Shown here: positions 21,776 to 31,435 of the stretch, piece by piece
How the letters are laid out: each line of letters opens with the position of its first letter
Numbering within the stretch: position 1 is the stretch's first letter
Assembly (NCBI GenBank): GCA_024642005.1
Contig: JAHECA010000005.1
Coordinates: 8,898-72,897 of the forward strand
Direction: 5' to 3'
DNA: 64,000 nucleotides
Source: Robiginitalea sp.
GTDB taxonomy: Bacteria; Bacteroidota; Bacteroidia; Flavobacteriales; Flavobacteriaceae
The notes under the pieces: model-generated
What the model was told of the DNA's origin: nothing
Database searches by the model: none
What the model saw: only the letters and a program-made list of their open reading frames with translations
Program-made: the position numbers and the translations under genes

Positions 21776-22873
21776 ATGCGCTCCCGGATCAAATTATACC
21801 TGGCCCTGTCCCTGCCTTTGCAGTGGTTGCTGATCAGCTGGGCGGCGGCGAACCCGGCATGGGTGGAACAGTGGTACAGCCGGGGGGCCTATCCCTATAT
21901 TTCGGGTTTTTTCAGAAGCCTCTACGGCTGGGTGCCTTTTTCAGTAGGCGACCTGCTCTATTTCGCCCTTGGGTTATTGGCCCTGGGGTACCTGGCCCGT
22001 TACGGCTACAGGGTCAGGACTCATTTCTGGGCCTTTGTTCGCGATGTCCTGGCCGCCCTGGCCGTCTTGCATGGCACCTTTTACCTGCTCTGGGGGCTGA
22101 ACTACTTCCGGCAGCCCTTAAGTGCCCCCCTGGAGCTCGAAGAAGCCTATACCGAGCAGGAGCTCCTGGCCCTGACCGGCGAACTGGTCACTGAGGCCAA
22201 CAGCCTCCAGGCCGCACTGGCAGGCGATACGATCAGCCCGGTGCAACCGCCTTATTCCAGGCTGGAAATCCTGGAAAAAACGAAAGCAGCTTACCACTAC
22301 CTTTCAGAACGGCACTCTTTGTTTCGCTACGAGCGGCCGAGCCTGAAACCCTCCCTGTTCAGCGGCCTGCTGTCGTATATGGGCTATGGCGGGTACCTCA
22401 ATCCGTTTACGGGCGAGGCCCAGGTGAATGCCAAACTGCCCCTGTTCCGGTATCCGGCTGTATGCGGGCATGAGGTCGGGCACCAGCTGGGATATTCGGC
22501 CGAGAACGAAACCAATTTTATCGGCTACCTGGCAACCCAGGAGCACCCCGATCCCTATTTCCGGTACTCGGCAGCCACCTTCGCTTTAAGCTATTGCCTG
22601 GCCGAGGTAAACCGGCGCGACTCCCTGGCCCGGAAACAACTCACCCGACAGCTGCACCCGGGGGTAATGGCCAATTACGCAGAGGTGCAGGCGTTCTGGG
22701 AGCAGTATCAGAACCCGATGGAACCCGTGTTCAAGGCCCTCTTCAACCAGTACCTGGAAGTAAACCGCCAGAAAGACGGCATTGCGAGCTACAACCGGAT
22801 CGTTTCCCTATTGGTGGCCTATCGCCGTGAAGCAAGGGCAGCCACCTTGCCCGGGATGCCGGAAAAGCCATAA
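21776..22873 (+). CDS. DUF3810-type membrane protein with an HExxH zinc-metalloprotease motif
   Basis: I prefer the ATG at 21776 (MRSRIKLYL). N-terminal TM helices. The motif CGHEVGHQLGYSAENETNFIGY is present. Confidence 0.75.
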   Translation: MRSRIKLYLALSLPLQWLLISWAAANPAWVEQWYSRGAYPYISGFFRSLYGWVPFSVGDLLYFALGLLALGYLARYGYRVRTHFWAFVRDVLAALAVLHGTFYLLWGLNYFRQPLSAPLELEEAYTEQELLALTGELVTEANSLQAALAGDTISPVQPPYSRLEILEKTKAAYHYLSERHSLFRYERPSLKPSLFSGLLSYMGYGGYLNPFTGEAQVNAKLPLFRYPAVCGHEVGHQLGYSAENETNFIGYLATQEHPDPYFRYSAATFALSYCLAEVNRRDSLARKQLTRQLHPGVMANYAEVQAFWEQYQNPMEPVFKALFNQYLEVNRQKDGIASYNRIVSLLVAYRREARAATLPGMPEKP

Positions 22874-22957
22874 AAAAATGTTAAAGTAAAGCAGCTGTTC
22901 AGGCCGCCCTGCCGATTGTCCTATTTTTAGGCGGCTAACCCAAAACTGACAACCCAT

Positions 22958-25906
22958 ATGAAATGGAAATTCGCTCTCCCGGCCCTCCTGGGGTTGGGAA
23001 TGATTGCCCAAGCCCAGGAATACTATCCGAAAAACGACGGGGTAAAGGCGACTAACGACAATTACACGGCCCTAACACATGCCCGCATTTTTGTGAGCCC
23101 GGGGCAGGAAGTGGAAAACGGGACCCTGCTGATCCGCAACGGCGTGGTGATACAGGCCGGCACCACGGTGCGCATCCCCGAAAACACCGTGGTGATAGAC
23201 CTGCAGGGCAAGTATGTCTATCCCTCCTTTATCGATGTATTTTCCGAATTCGGGATTAAAAAACCGGAACGGGCAAGCGGGGCGGGGCGCACCTCCCAAT
23301 ACGACCCAAGCCGGGAAGGCTTTTACTGGAATGACCACATAAGGCCTGAGCAGGAAGCCGTGGCATCGTACGCCTACGACGCCAGGGCAGCCCAGGAGCT
23401 AAGAAAGGCCGGCTTCGGAGCCGTGAACAGCCACCTGGCCGACGGGATTGCCCGGGGCACCGGGGTGCTGTTGGCCCTGAATCCGGAAGGGAATGAGGCC
23501 CAGCGGGTGCTCGACAATGCCTCGGGCCAGTATTTCTCCTTCGAGAAAAGCGCTGCTTCGCGACAGTCCTATCCTTCATCCCTGATGGGGGCCATGGCGC
23601 TTTTGCGTCAGATGTACCACGACGCTGCCTGGTATGCCGGTGGGAATATGCCGACCACAGACCGCTCGCTCGAAGCGCTGAACCGCAACAAGGGGAAAGT
23701 TCAGTTTTTTGCCGCCGGCGACAAAGACAATGTGCTCAGGGCCGATGGCATCGGCGACGCCAACGGCATCCAATACGTTATCCTGGCCGGGGGCCAGGAA
23801 TACGAAAATATCGACCAGATCAAGGCTACCGGGGCTTCCCTGGTGGTGCCCCTCAATTTCCCGGAGGCCTATGACGTTTCCAACCCGTACGAGGCTGCCC
23901 TGATCTCACTGGAAGACATGAAGCACTGGAACCAGGCCCCTACCAACCCGAAGGTGGTGGCCGGGAGCGGTATCCCCTTCGCCTTTACGCTGCAGGGGCT
24001 CAAATCGCCTTCAGACCTGCACAAGGCCGTGCGCAAAGCCATGCGCTATGGCTTAAGCGAAAGCCAGGCCCTGGAAGCGCTGACCACTGCGCCGGCGCGC
24101 CTGCTCGGGAAAAGTGCCCAGCTGGGCACCCTCGAACCGGGCCGCCTGGCCAACTTCCTGATCACCTCCGGGCCGGTGTTTGACGAAAACACGACCCTGT
24201 ACGAAAACTGGGTGAAAGGGCAGCGCGAGGTACTGGAAGACATGGGCCGCAAAGACATACGCGGCAATTACAGCCTCAGTGCGGCCGGTAAAACCTTTAC
24301 CCTGGAAATTGGCGGCAAGGCTGCAGCACCCTCCCTCAAAGTAAAGCGCGACACCACCGAACTGACCTCCAAGCTCAACTACTCGGGCGATTGGGCCGAT
24401 CTGAGCTTTACCGACGGAGATGACCGTTACCGCATGGCGGCCCGTGTGCGGGAGAGCGGCGACGCCCTGCAGGGATCCGGAGTGCTACCCAACGGAGCCG
24501 AGACCCGCCTGACAGCGCGCAAAACAGGGCCTTTTGAAGAAAAAGAAAAGAAGGAAGGCGACAAAGAGGAAACCCCTCCAGTTGTGGTGCCGATGACCTA
24601 CCCCAACGTAGGCTACGGCTATACCGAACAGCCGAGCCAGGAAGATATCCTCTTCCGCAATGCCACCGTATGGACCAGCGAGGATGCCGGCGTGCTCGAG
24701 GGCACAGATGTACTGGTGCGGAAAGGGAAGATCGCGCGCATCGGCAAAGACCTGAGCCCTGGCAGCGCCCGGGTGATAGATGCCACCGGCAGGCACCTGA
24801 CGGCCGGTATCATAGACGAGCACAGCCACATTGCAGCCGTTGCCATCAATGAAGGAGGGCAGAATGCTTCGGCCGAGGTGCGCATGGCTGACGTGTTCAA
24901 CCCCGAAGATATCGATATTTACCGCGACCTGGCCGGGGGGGTAACCACGGTGCAACTGCTGCACGGCTCGGCCAACCCAATAGGCGGGCAGTCGGCCATC
25001 TTCAAGCTGAAATGGGGCCGTCCGGGGTCAGAAATGCTCTACACCGACATGCCCAAATTCATCAAATTCGCCCTGGGCGAAAACGTGAAGCAGGCCAACT
25101 GGTCGAGCGTTGACCGCTTCCCCCAGACCCGGATGGGGGTGGAACAGGTATACATGAATTACTTCCAGCGCGCCAGGGAGTACCAGGCCCTGAAAGATTC
25201 GGGCAAGCCTTATCGGCACGACGAGGAAATGGAAACCCTGGCCGAGATTTTGCGCGGGGAACGCTTCATAACCTGCCACTCCTATGTAGAGACCGAAATA
25301 CTCATGATGATGCGGGTAGCCGAACACTTCGGTTTCCGCATCAATACCTTTACCCACATCCTGGAAGGCTATAAGGTAGCCGACGAAATGGCCGCCCACG
25401 GGGTGGGAGGCTCCACTTTCAGCGACTGGTGGGCTTATAAGTTTGAAGTGAACGACGCCATTCCCTATAATGCCGCCATCATGCACAACCAGGGCGTTAC
25501 GGTAGCCATCAACAGCGACGATGCCGAAATGTCGCGGCGCCTCAATCAGGAGGCAGCCAAGGCTGTAAAATATGGGGATATCAGCGAAGAGGAGGCCTGG
25601 AAGATGGTTACCATCAACCCGGCCAAACTGTTGCATCTCGACCATCGTGTGGGCAGCATTAAAGAGGGCAAGGACGCCGACCTGGTCTTGTGGTCGGGCC
25701 ACCCGCTTTCGGTGTATTCCAAGGCCGAAAAAACCTACGTAGAAGGGGTACCCTACTTCGACCTGGAGCAGGACGCCGCCCTGCGCGGGCAAATCGACCA
25801 GCAGCGAAACACCCTGATCAACCTGATGCTGCAAGACAAAGACGGCGGCTCCAAGCGCACCCCCCGCGGGCGCAGCCAGGAGCGTTTCCACTGCGACAGC
25901 ATGTAA
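22958..25906 (+). CDS. Secreted two-module amidohydrolase-superfamily protein (982 aa)
   Basis: Signal peptide MKWKFALPALLGLGMIAQAQ. The C-terminal module has the metal motif IIDEHSHIA (HxH at 24821-24829) and HSY/DD-type downstream motifs. The N-terminal module has the same fold pattern but reads IDVFSEF in place of HxH. A charged linker, EEKEKKEGDKEE, separates the modules. Confidence 0.85.
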   Translation: MKWKFALPALLGLGMIAQAQEYYPKNDGVKATNDNYTALTHARIFVSPGQEVENGTLLIRNGVVIQAGTTVRIPENTVVIDLQGKYVYPSFIDVFSEFGIKKPERASGAGRTSQYDPSREGFYWNDHIRPEQEAVASYAYDARAAQELRKAGFGAVNSHLADGIARGTGVLLALNPEGNEAQRVLDNASGQYFSFEKSAASRQSYPSSLMGAMALLRQMYHDAAWYAGGNMPTTDRSLEALNRNKGKVQFFAAGDKDNVLRADGIGDANGIQYVILAGGQEYENIDQIKATGASLVVPLNFPEAYDVSNPYEAALISLEDMKHWNQAPTNPKVVAGSGIPFAFTLQGLKSPSDLHKAVRKAMRYGLSESQALEALTTAPARLLGKSAQLGTLEPGRLANFLITSGPVFDENTTLYENWVKGQREVLEDMGRKDIRGNYSLSAAGKTFTLEIGGKAAAPSLKVKRDTTELTSKLNYSGDWADLSFTDGDDRYRMAARVRESGDALQGSGVLPNGAETRLTARKTGPFEEKEKKEGDKEETPPVVVPMTYPNVGYGYTEQPSQEDILFRNATVWTSEDAGVLEGTDVLVRKGKIARIGKDLSPGSARVIDATGRHLTAGIIDEHSHIAAVAINEGGQNASAEVRMADVFNPEDIDIYRDLAGGVTTVQLLHGSANPIGGQSAIFKLKWGRPGSEMLYTDMPKFIKFALGENVKQANWSSVDRFPQTRMGVEQVYMNYFQRAREYQALKDSGKPYRHDEEMETLAEILRGERFITCHSYVETEILMMMRVAEHFGFRINTFTHILEGYKVADEMAAHGVGGSTFSDWWAYKFEVNDAIPYNAAIMHNQGVTVAINSDDAEMSRRLNQEAAKAVKYGDISEEEAWKMVTINPAKLLHLDHRVGSIKEGKDADLVLWSGHPLSVYSKAEKTYVEGVPYFDLEQDAALRGQIDQQRNTLINLMLQDKDGGSKRTPRGRSQERFHCDSM

Positions 25907-25921
25907 TCCCTAATTCACAAA

Positions 25922-27223
25922 ATGAGCAAGCAAATGAAATCTTCATCTATAAAACTCCTCGGATTCCTGCTGTTGACCGGAAGCCTGTTGCAGGCACAGC
26001 AAACCCCGGCCCCGAAGCAGTCCGAACCCATTAGCATCACCGGAGCCACCCTCCACCTTGGTGACGGAACCGTTGTCGAAAACGGGACAGTGGTCTTTGA
26101 AAACGGCACCATTACCGCCCTTGGCCAGGGGATTGCCACCCGTGGCCGGGTGATCGATGCCGCGGGCAAGCATGTGTACCCGGGCCTGATCGCTCCTTCG
26201 CGCCCATTGGGGCTGGTAGAGATCGATGCCGTGCGCCAGAGCAACGACGACGATGAAATTGGCAGCCTGATTCCCCATGTGCGCAGCCTGATTGCCTACA
26301 ACGCCGAGTCGAAGGTTGTGGAAAGCATGCGGCCCAACGGGGTACTGCTGGGACAGGCCACTCCTCAGGGCGGCACCATCTCGGGGACCTCTTCCATTGT
26401 GCAATTCGACGCCTGGAACTGGGAAGACGCCGCCGTCAGAACCGACGACGGCATCCACCTGCACTGGCCAAGCGCCTTCCGCCGCGGGCGCTGGTGGATG
26501 GGCGAAGCTGCCGGCATGCAGCCCAACAAGGACTACTCCAAAGAAGTCCAGGAAATCCTGGATTTTGTAACCAACGCCCGGGCTTACGGGCAGGGGGCCA
26601 ATGCCCCGGTAAACCCGGCTTTTGCAGCCATGCAGGGGGTGTTCAGCGGCAGTCAGCGCCTTTATGTGTACGCCGACGGCCAAAGGGAAATCGAAGACGC
26701 CGTGGCCAGCCTTAAGGGGGCCGGTATGCCCAAACTCGTGCTGGTAGGCGGCTATCAGGCCTACAAGCTAACCGACCTGCTCAGGCAGCACGATGTGCCG
26801 GTTTTGGTGAACGGTCCCCACAGCCTTCCTGAACGGGACGACGACGACTACGACCTGCCCTACAAGCTCCCGAAACTCCTGACTGACGCGGGCCTGCTGG
26901 TGGGCATCCAAAACCTCGACATGGCCAACTTCCAGTCGCGCAATATGGCCTTCTATGCCGGACAGGTTGCCGGGATGGGTCTCGACCGCGAAAAGGCCCT
27001 GGAGCTGGTATCGGGCAATACCGCCAAAATTTTGGGCATAGACGACCGGTACGGCACCCTGGCCGAGGGCAAGAGCGCCACGCTGTTTATCTCAGAGGGC
27101 GACGCCCTCGATATGCGCACCAACCGGCTTACCCATGCCTTCATTGACGGGCGCGAGCTTTCGCTGGAAACGCACCAGACCGAGCTCTGGAAAAGGTATA
27201 CCGGCAAATTCGCCGGCGAGTAA
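25922..27223 (+). CDS. Secreted amidohydrolase-like protein (433 aa) without the HxH motif
   Basis: Signal peptide. Beta-sandwich/TIM pattern (GATLHLGDGTVVENGTVVFENGTI...GKHVYPGLIAPSRPLG) similar to the N-terminal module of the upstream gene. Confidence 0.8.
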   Translation: MSKQMKSSSIKLLGFLLLTGSLLQAQQTPAPKQSEPISITGATLHLGDGTVVENGTVVFENGTITALGQGIATRGRVIDAAGKHVYPGLIAPSRPLGLVEIDAVRQSNDDDEIGSLIPHVRSLIAYNAESKVVESMRPNGVLLGQATPQGGTISGTSSIVQFDAWNWEDAAVRTDDGIHLHWPSAFRRGRWWMGEAAGMQPNKDYSKEVQEILDFVTNARAYGQGANAPVNPAFAAMQGVFSGSQRLYVYADGQREIEDAVASLKGAGMPKLVLVGGYQAYKLTDLLRQHDVPVLVNGPHSLPERDDDDYDLPYKLPKLLTDAGLLVGIQNLDMANFQSRNMAFYAGQVAGMGLDREKALELVSGNTAKILGIDDRYGTLAEGKSATLFISEGDALDMRTNRLTHAFIDGRELSLETHQTELWKRYTGKFAGE

Positions 27224-27244
27224 GCGATTTAACCCCTATCTTTG

Positions 27245-27277
27245 AAACGGAACAGGCCTGACCTGTTCCGTTTTTTT
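27245..27277 (+). terminator. Rho-independent terminator after the amidohydrolase pair
   Basis: Perfect 12-bp stem: AAACGGAACAGG (27245-27256) pairs with CCTGTTCCGTTT (27262-27273) around a 5-nt loop. It runs into TTTTTTT. Confidence 0.85.
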
Positions 27278-27285
27278 GCTTTTCC

Positions 27286-28095
27286 ATGCCGGTTTCGAAA
27301 CACATCAGCAGCACCCAAAACCCGGAAATCCGCCAATTGCAGCACTGGAGCCAGAAGGCACGCGACCGCCGCAAGTCGGGCTTTTTCGTGCTGGAAGGCC
27401 TGCGCGAACTGCGCCTGGCCCTGGAGGGCGGCTACCGGCCCGAGACGCTTTATTTCTGCCCGGAAATTGTACAGGAAGATACGCTGGGCCAATTACCCGG
27501 CGCCATCGGGGTCCAGTTGATAAGCCTGAGCCCCGAAGTGTACAGCCACCTGGCCTACCGGGGGAAGACCGAAGGGGTCATAGCCCTGATGCACGCACGC
27601 CCCCATGGCCTGGAAGACTTAGTGCTAAACCGGGAAAACCCGCTTATACTGGTGGCCGAGGCACCCGAAAAACCGGGCAATATCGGCGCCCTGCTCCGTA
27701 CCGCCGACGCAGCCGGACTTGATGCCGTGATTGTGGCCGACCCCAACGGCGACCTGTATAACCCCAACGTGATCCGTTCGAGCGTGGGTTGCCTTTTCAC
27801 CGTTCAGGTGGCCGTGGCCTCCAGTGCCGAAGCCATCGCCTGGTTAAGTGCAAAAGGGATACGCATTTTCGCTGCCAGCCTGGAAGGAGCTGTGCGCTAT
27901 GATACCCCGAGTTATTTAGCCGGCACAGCCATAGCCGTAGGCACCGAAGCCACGGGCCTGACCCAGGCCTGGACCCGGGCTGCCGAGGCTGCCGTCAAAA
28001 TCCCCATGCGGGGGGCCATAGATTCCATGAATGTCTCGGTCGCGGCCGCCATCCTTCTTTTTGAAGCATGCCGCCAGCGGGGGTTCGGGCCGTAA
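27286..28095 (+). CDS. TrmH/SpoU-family RNA 2'-O-methyltransferase
   Basis: SPOUT motifs PGNIGALLRTADAAG, GTEATGL and IPMRGAIDSMNVSVAAAILLFE. Confidence 0.85.
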   Translation: MPVSKHISSTQNPEIRQLQHWSQKARDRRKSGFFVLEGLRELRLALEGGYRPETLYFCPEIVQEDTLGQLPGAIGVQLISLSPEVYSHLAYRGKTEGVIALMHARPHGLEDLVLNRENPLILVAEAPEKPGNIGALLRTADAAGLDAVIVADPNGDLYNPNVIRSSVGCLFTVQVAVASSAEAIAWLSAKGIRIFAASLEGAVRYDTPSYLAGTAIAVGTEATGLTQAWTRAAEAAVKIPMRGAIDSMNVSVAAAILLFEACRQRGFGP

Positions 28096-28189
28096 GCCCA
28101 TAGTTCCAGGGTGCAGATCGCCGTTCGTCGGAATTCTTGGGGCCAACCCGAAAAAATGGCTATTTTGACAACTTGTACATACCTGACCT

Positions 28190-29425
28190 ATGAGTTCCGA
28201 CATCCTTTTTTATTGCATCCTGGGGATATTGATTTTGCAGTTCGCAGTGGAAACCCTGCTGGATTACCTGAACGCCCGCAGATTCGGTGCGCCCCTGCCC
28301 GAGGAAGTTTCCCAGTTATACGACACCGAGGCGTATACGAAATCTCAGGCGTACAAAAAGGCGAACTACCGCTTCGGCCTCTGGTCTTCCTCCTTTTCCC
28401 TGGTCCTGACCCTGGCCTTTCTGATTTTCGGGGGTTTTGACTGGGCAGATCAGCTGGCAGGGAGCGTGAGCCTCCACCCGCTGCTCAGGGCCCTGGTTTT
28501 TTTCGGCATCCTCTTTTTGGGCAGCGAACTGCTGGGCATGCCATTCAGCTACTACCATACTTTTGTGATTGAAGAACGTTTCGGCTTCAACAAAACCACC
28601 CCCGCCCTGTTTCTGGCCGACAAACTGAAAGGATGGGTATTGGCAGCCCTGCTGGGCGGAGGCCTGCTCACGGCCATTATGAGCTTTTATGAATGGGCCG
28701 GAGCCGGCTTCTGGGTCTACGCCTGGGGGTTGATCGCCCTTGTTACCGTCTTTATAAACTTGTTTTACAGCCGGATAATCGTACCGCTGTTCAACCGGCA
28801 GGAACCCCTTGAGGAAGGACCGTTGCGCGAACGTATCCAGGATTACGCCCGCAAGGTGGGCTTCGAGCTGCGGCAGATCTTCGTGATCGACGGTTCCAAG
28901 CGATCTACCAAGGCAAATGCTTATTTTTCAGGGTTTGGCAACCAGCGAAGGGTGACCTTGTACGATACGCTGCTCAAAGACCTTGACGAACAGGAAGTCG
29001 TGGCGGTATTGGCCCACGAAGTAGGGCATTACAAACGAAACCACATCCTGATCAATCTGACAGCCTCTGTGGCCCTCACAGGCCTTACGCTGTATGTATT
29101 GTCCCTTTTTGTGAACAATCCTGAATTATCGCTGGCCCTGGGGGTCGGGCAACCCAGTTTCCACGCCGCCCTGTTGAGCTTCGCCCTGCTGTACAGCCCC
29201 ATTTCGGAACTGACCGGGCTGGTGATGAACTTCTTCTCGCGCCGGTTTGAATTCCAGGCCGACAACTACGCACGCGATACCTTTGCTGCCGACCCGCTGA
29301 TCAGCTCGCTCAAAAAACTTTCGCGGAACCACCTGAGCAACCTCACACCCCATCCGGCCTATGTGTTCGTGCACTATTCCCACCCGCCCCTTACACAGCG
29401 GATCCGCAACCTGAGGTCGACCTGA
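28190..29425 (+). CDS. M48-family (Ste24-like) integral-membrane zinc metallopeptidase
   Basis: Multiple TM helices. HEVGHYKRNH (HExxH) and the downstream FEFQADNYA motif are present. Confidence 0.88.
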   Translation: MSSDILFYCILGILILQFAVETLLDYLNARRFGAPLPEEVSQLYDTEAYTKSQAYKKANYRFGLWSSSFSLVLTLAFLIFGGFDWADQLAGSVSLHPLLRALVFFGILFLGSELLGMPFSYYHTFVIEERFGFNKTTPALFLADKLKGWVLAALLGGGLLTAIMSFYEWAGAGFWVYAWGLIALVTVFINLFYSRIIVPLFNRQEPLEEGPLRERIQDYARKVGFELRQIFVIDGSKRSTKANAYFSGFGNQRRVTLYDTLLKDLDEQEVVAVLAHEVGHYKRNHILINLTASVALTGLTLYVLSLFVNNPELSLALGVGQPSFHAALLSFALLYSPISELTGLVMNFFSRRFEFQADNYARDTFAADPLISSLKKLSRNHLSNLTPHPAYVFVHYSHPPLTQRIRNLRST

Positions 29426-29725
29426 AGGGGCAGATCAGGTAGCCGATGCGCAGGCCATGGCCCGCGGCAGGAAATTTTTTAAGAGGAGGGGGATTAGCCC
29501 CCCTCCCCCACTAGCAAGATACCCCTCCGCCCTGCAACTCCCAAGCAGAGATGTCGGCCTGTGAAAACCTGTCTGTGGCAGAATATGACCCGCCTGTATA
29601 GCGATTCCCCGAAAGCCAATTTCATTATTTTTCGCCCAAAGCAGCTGGCCAAGGCCTTCATGCGAAGTTTTCACTACATTTAGACTGCCCTTTTTCCTTA
29701 TCAGTCTTTTGACTAGACCTGTTCC

Positions 29726-31342
29726 ATGCAGAAATTTCAACGAATGAAAGCTACTTCCTATTTCCTGTTAGCCGGGGCATTGCTGAGCCTGGCCTCCTGC
29801 CGCACAGAACCCGGAAAAGAGGCGGGTGCCCAACCGGTCGCCAAGGCCCACCCGGTCTCGTCTTCTTACCAACCTGCCCGTTTTGAAAGCGACGACCGGG
29901 CTGAAAAGATCCGTGGCCTGGCCCCTGAATTTCAGCGGCTCATCGAAGAGCACGCCCAGAGCAGGCACATCCCTGGCATTGCATACGGGGTGGTGGTAGA
30001 CGGGGAGCTGGTCTTTTCAGGTGCCACCGGGCTGCTCGACCTGGAAACCGAAATCCCGGCCGCTACTTCGTCCGGCTTTCGAATTGCCTCGATGAGCAAA
30101 AGTTTTACCGCCATGGCTATCCTGAAACTGCGGGACGAAGGCAGGCTCACGCTTTCAGACCCGGCCGAAAAATACGTGCCCGAAATGGCCGGATTGGAAT
30201 ACCTGACCAGCGATTCCCCTGTAATTACAATCGAAAACCTGCTGACCATGACAGCCGGCTTCCCGGAAGACAACCCCTGGGGCGACCGACAGCTCGACGA
30301 GCCCGACTCGATGTTAACCGGGCTTATGACCTCGGGCGTGGCATTCAGCAACCCGGCCTCTTTTGAGTTCGAATACAGCAACACGGGCTTCGCCCTGTTG
30401 GGGCATATTATTTCGGTGGTATCTGGCCGGCCCTATCAGCAGTATATCACAGAGAACATTTTGAAGCCGCTCGACATGGCGCATACCTATTGGGAATACG
30501 ACAGCGTGCCGCCCGGGCAACTGGCGCACGGCTACCGGTGGGAAGACGAGCAGTGGAAGCCCGAGCCCATGCTCCACGACGGGTCATTCGGGGCCATGGG
30601 AGGCCTTATTACCACCATAGAAGACTTCAGTAAGTACGTGAGCCTGCACCTCTCGGCCTGGCCTCCCCGCAGCGCGGCAGACAACGGCCCCGTGAAGCGC
30701 AGCAGCCTGCGCGAGATGCAGGCCCCCAGATTCCCACGCCTCTATGCCGGGGCCCGCGACTGGAAGGGCGAACCCTGTGCCGTAATCAGCGGTTACGGGT
30801 ACGGCCTGGGCAGTACCACCTTTTGCAACGGGGTGCGCCTGGTCTCCCACGGGGGTGCCCTGCCCGGGTTTGGCAGCAATTATGTCTTTTTTCCCGAGTA
30901 CGGGGTGGGCCTGATGGCCTTTGGCAACCTCACCTATACCGCGCCCTGGCCCCTGCAGGAGTTTGAAAAACTGCTCTTTGAAAACCTGGCCCTGCAACCC
31001 CGAAGCCTGCCGGTTTCGGACATCCTGGGCGAACGGACCCAACAGGTAGCCCAATGGGTGCGCACCGGCGATACCGGGCTGGAAAACGCGCTGATGGCTG
31101 AAAACTTTTTTATGGACCACGATCGGGAGCACCGCCGGGCCGACATCGACGCGGTCCTGAAACAGGCCGGCACCATTCAGTCGGTGGAAGCCCTGAAACC
31201 GGAAAACCAGTTAAGGGGGACCTTTACGATGAAGGCAGCCAACGGCCAGGTTACGGTCTTTTTTACCCTTACCCCAGAGCGGGAGGCAAAGCTGCAGGAA
31301 CTGGAGGTAAGCTTCCAGCCGCACCCCGGCGGGCAGGAGTAA
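29726..31342 (+). CDS. Serine hydrolase / beta-lactamase-fold lipoprotein (class C / PBP4*-like) with a C-terminal extra domain
   Basis: SxxK motif ASMSKSF, YSNTG (YxN) and HGG (KTG-equivalent region). Lipobox LSLASC. An alternative start is the ATG at 29744. Confidence 0.85.
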   Translation: MQKFQRMKATSYFLLAGALLSLASCRTEPGKEAGAQPVAKAHPVSSSYQPARFESDDRAEKIRGLAPEFQRLIEEHAQSRHIPGIAYGVVVDGELVFSGATGLLDLETEIPAATSSGFRIASMSKSFTAMAILKLRDEGRLTLSDPAEKYVPEMAGLEYLTSDSPVITIENLLTMTAGFPEDNPWGDRQLDEPDSMLTGLMTSGVAFSNPASFEFEYSNTGFALLGHIISVVSGRPYQQYITENILKPLDMAHTYWEYDSVPPGQLAHGYRWEDEQWKPEPMLHDGSFGAMGGLITTIEDFSKYVSLHLSAWPPRSAADNGPVKRSSLREMQAPRFPRLYAGARDWKGEPCAVISGYGYGLGSTTFCNGVRLVSHGGALPGFGSNYVFFPEYGVGLMAFGNLTYTAPWPLQEFEKLLFENLALQPRSLPVSDILGERTQQVAQWVRTGDTGLENALMAENFFMDHDREHRRADIDAVLKQAGTIQSVEALKPENQLRGTFTMKAANGQVTVFFTLTPEREAKLQELEVSFQPHPGGQE

Positions 31343-31435
31343 AACCCGGCCACACGACCGGCAGAAATACCGTGTTGCAGATCCGGAATTTTGTCAGATA
31401 TTCGGCCCGTACTCCTGCGTGTAATCTGCCCGCCC

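Noticed and set aside
24520-24575. Purine-rich low-complexity stretch (GAAGAAAAAGAAAAGAAGGAAGGCGACAAAGAGGAA)
   Set aside because: It lies in frame within the 982-aa amidohydrolase. It encodes a charged inter-module linker (EEKEKKEGDKEE), not a repeat element or CRISPR-like array.
29435-29740. 101-aa minus-strand ORF filling the M48/serine-hydrolase spacer
   Set aside because: It has no recognisable family, an odd composition, and runs against the flanking gene direction into the start of the next gene. I kept the region only as an unassigned spacer (see findings).
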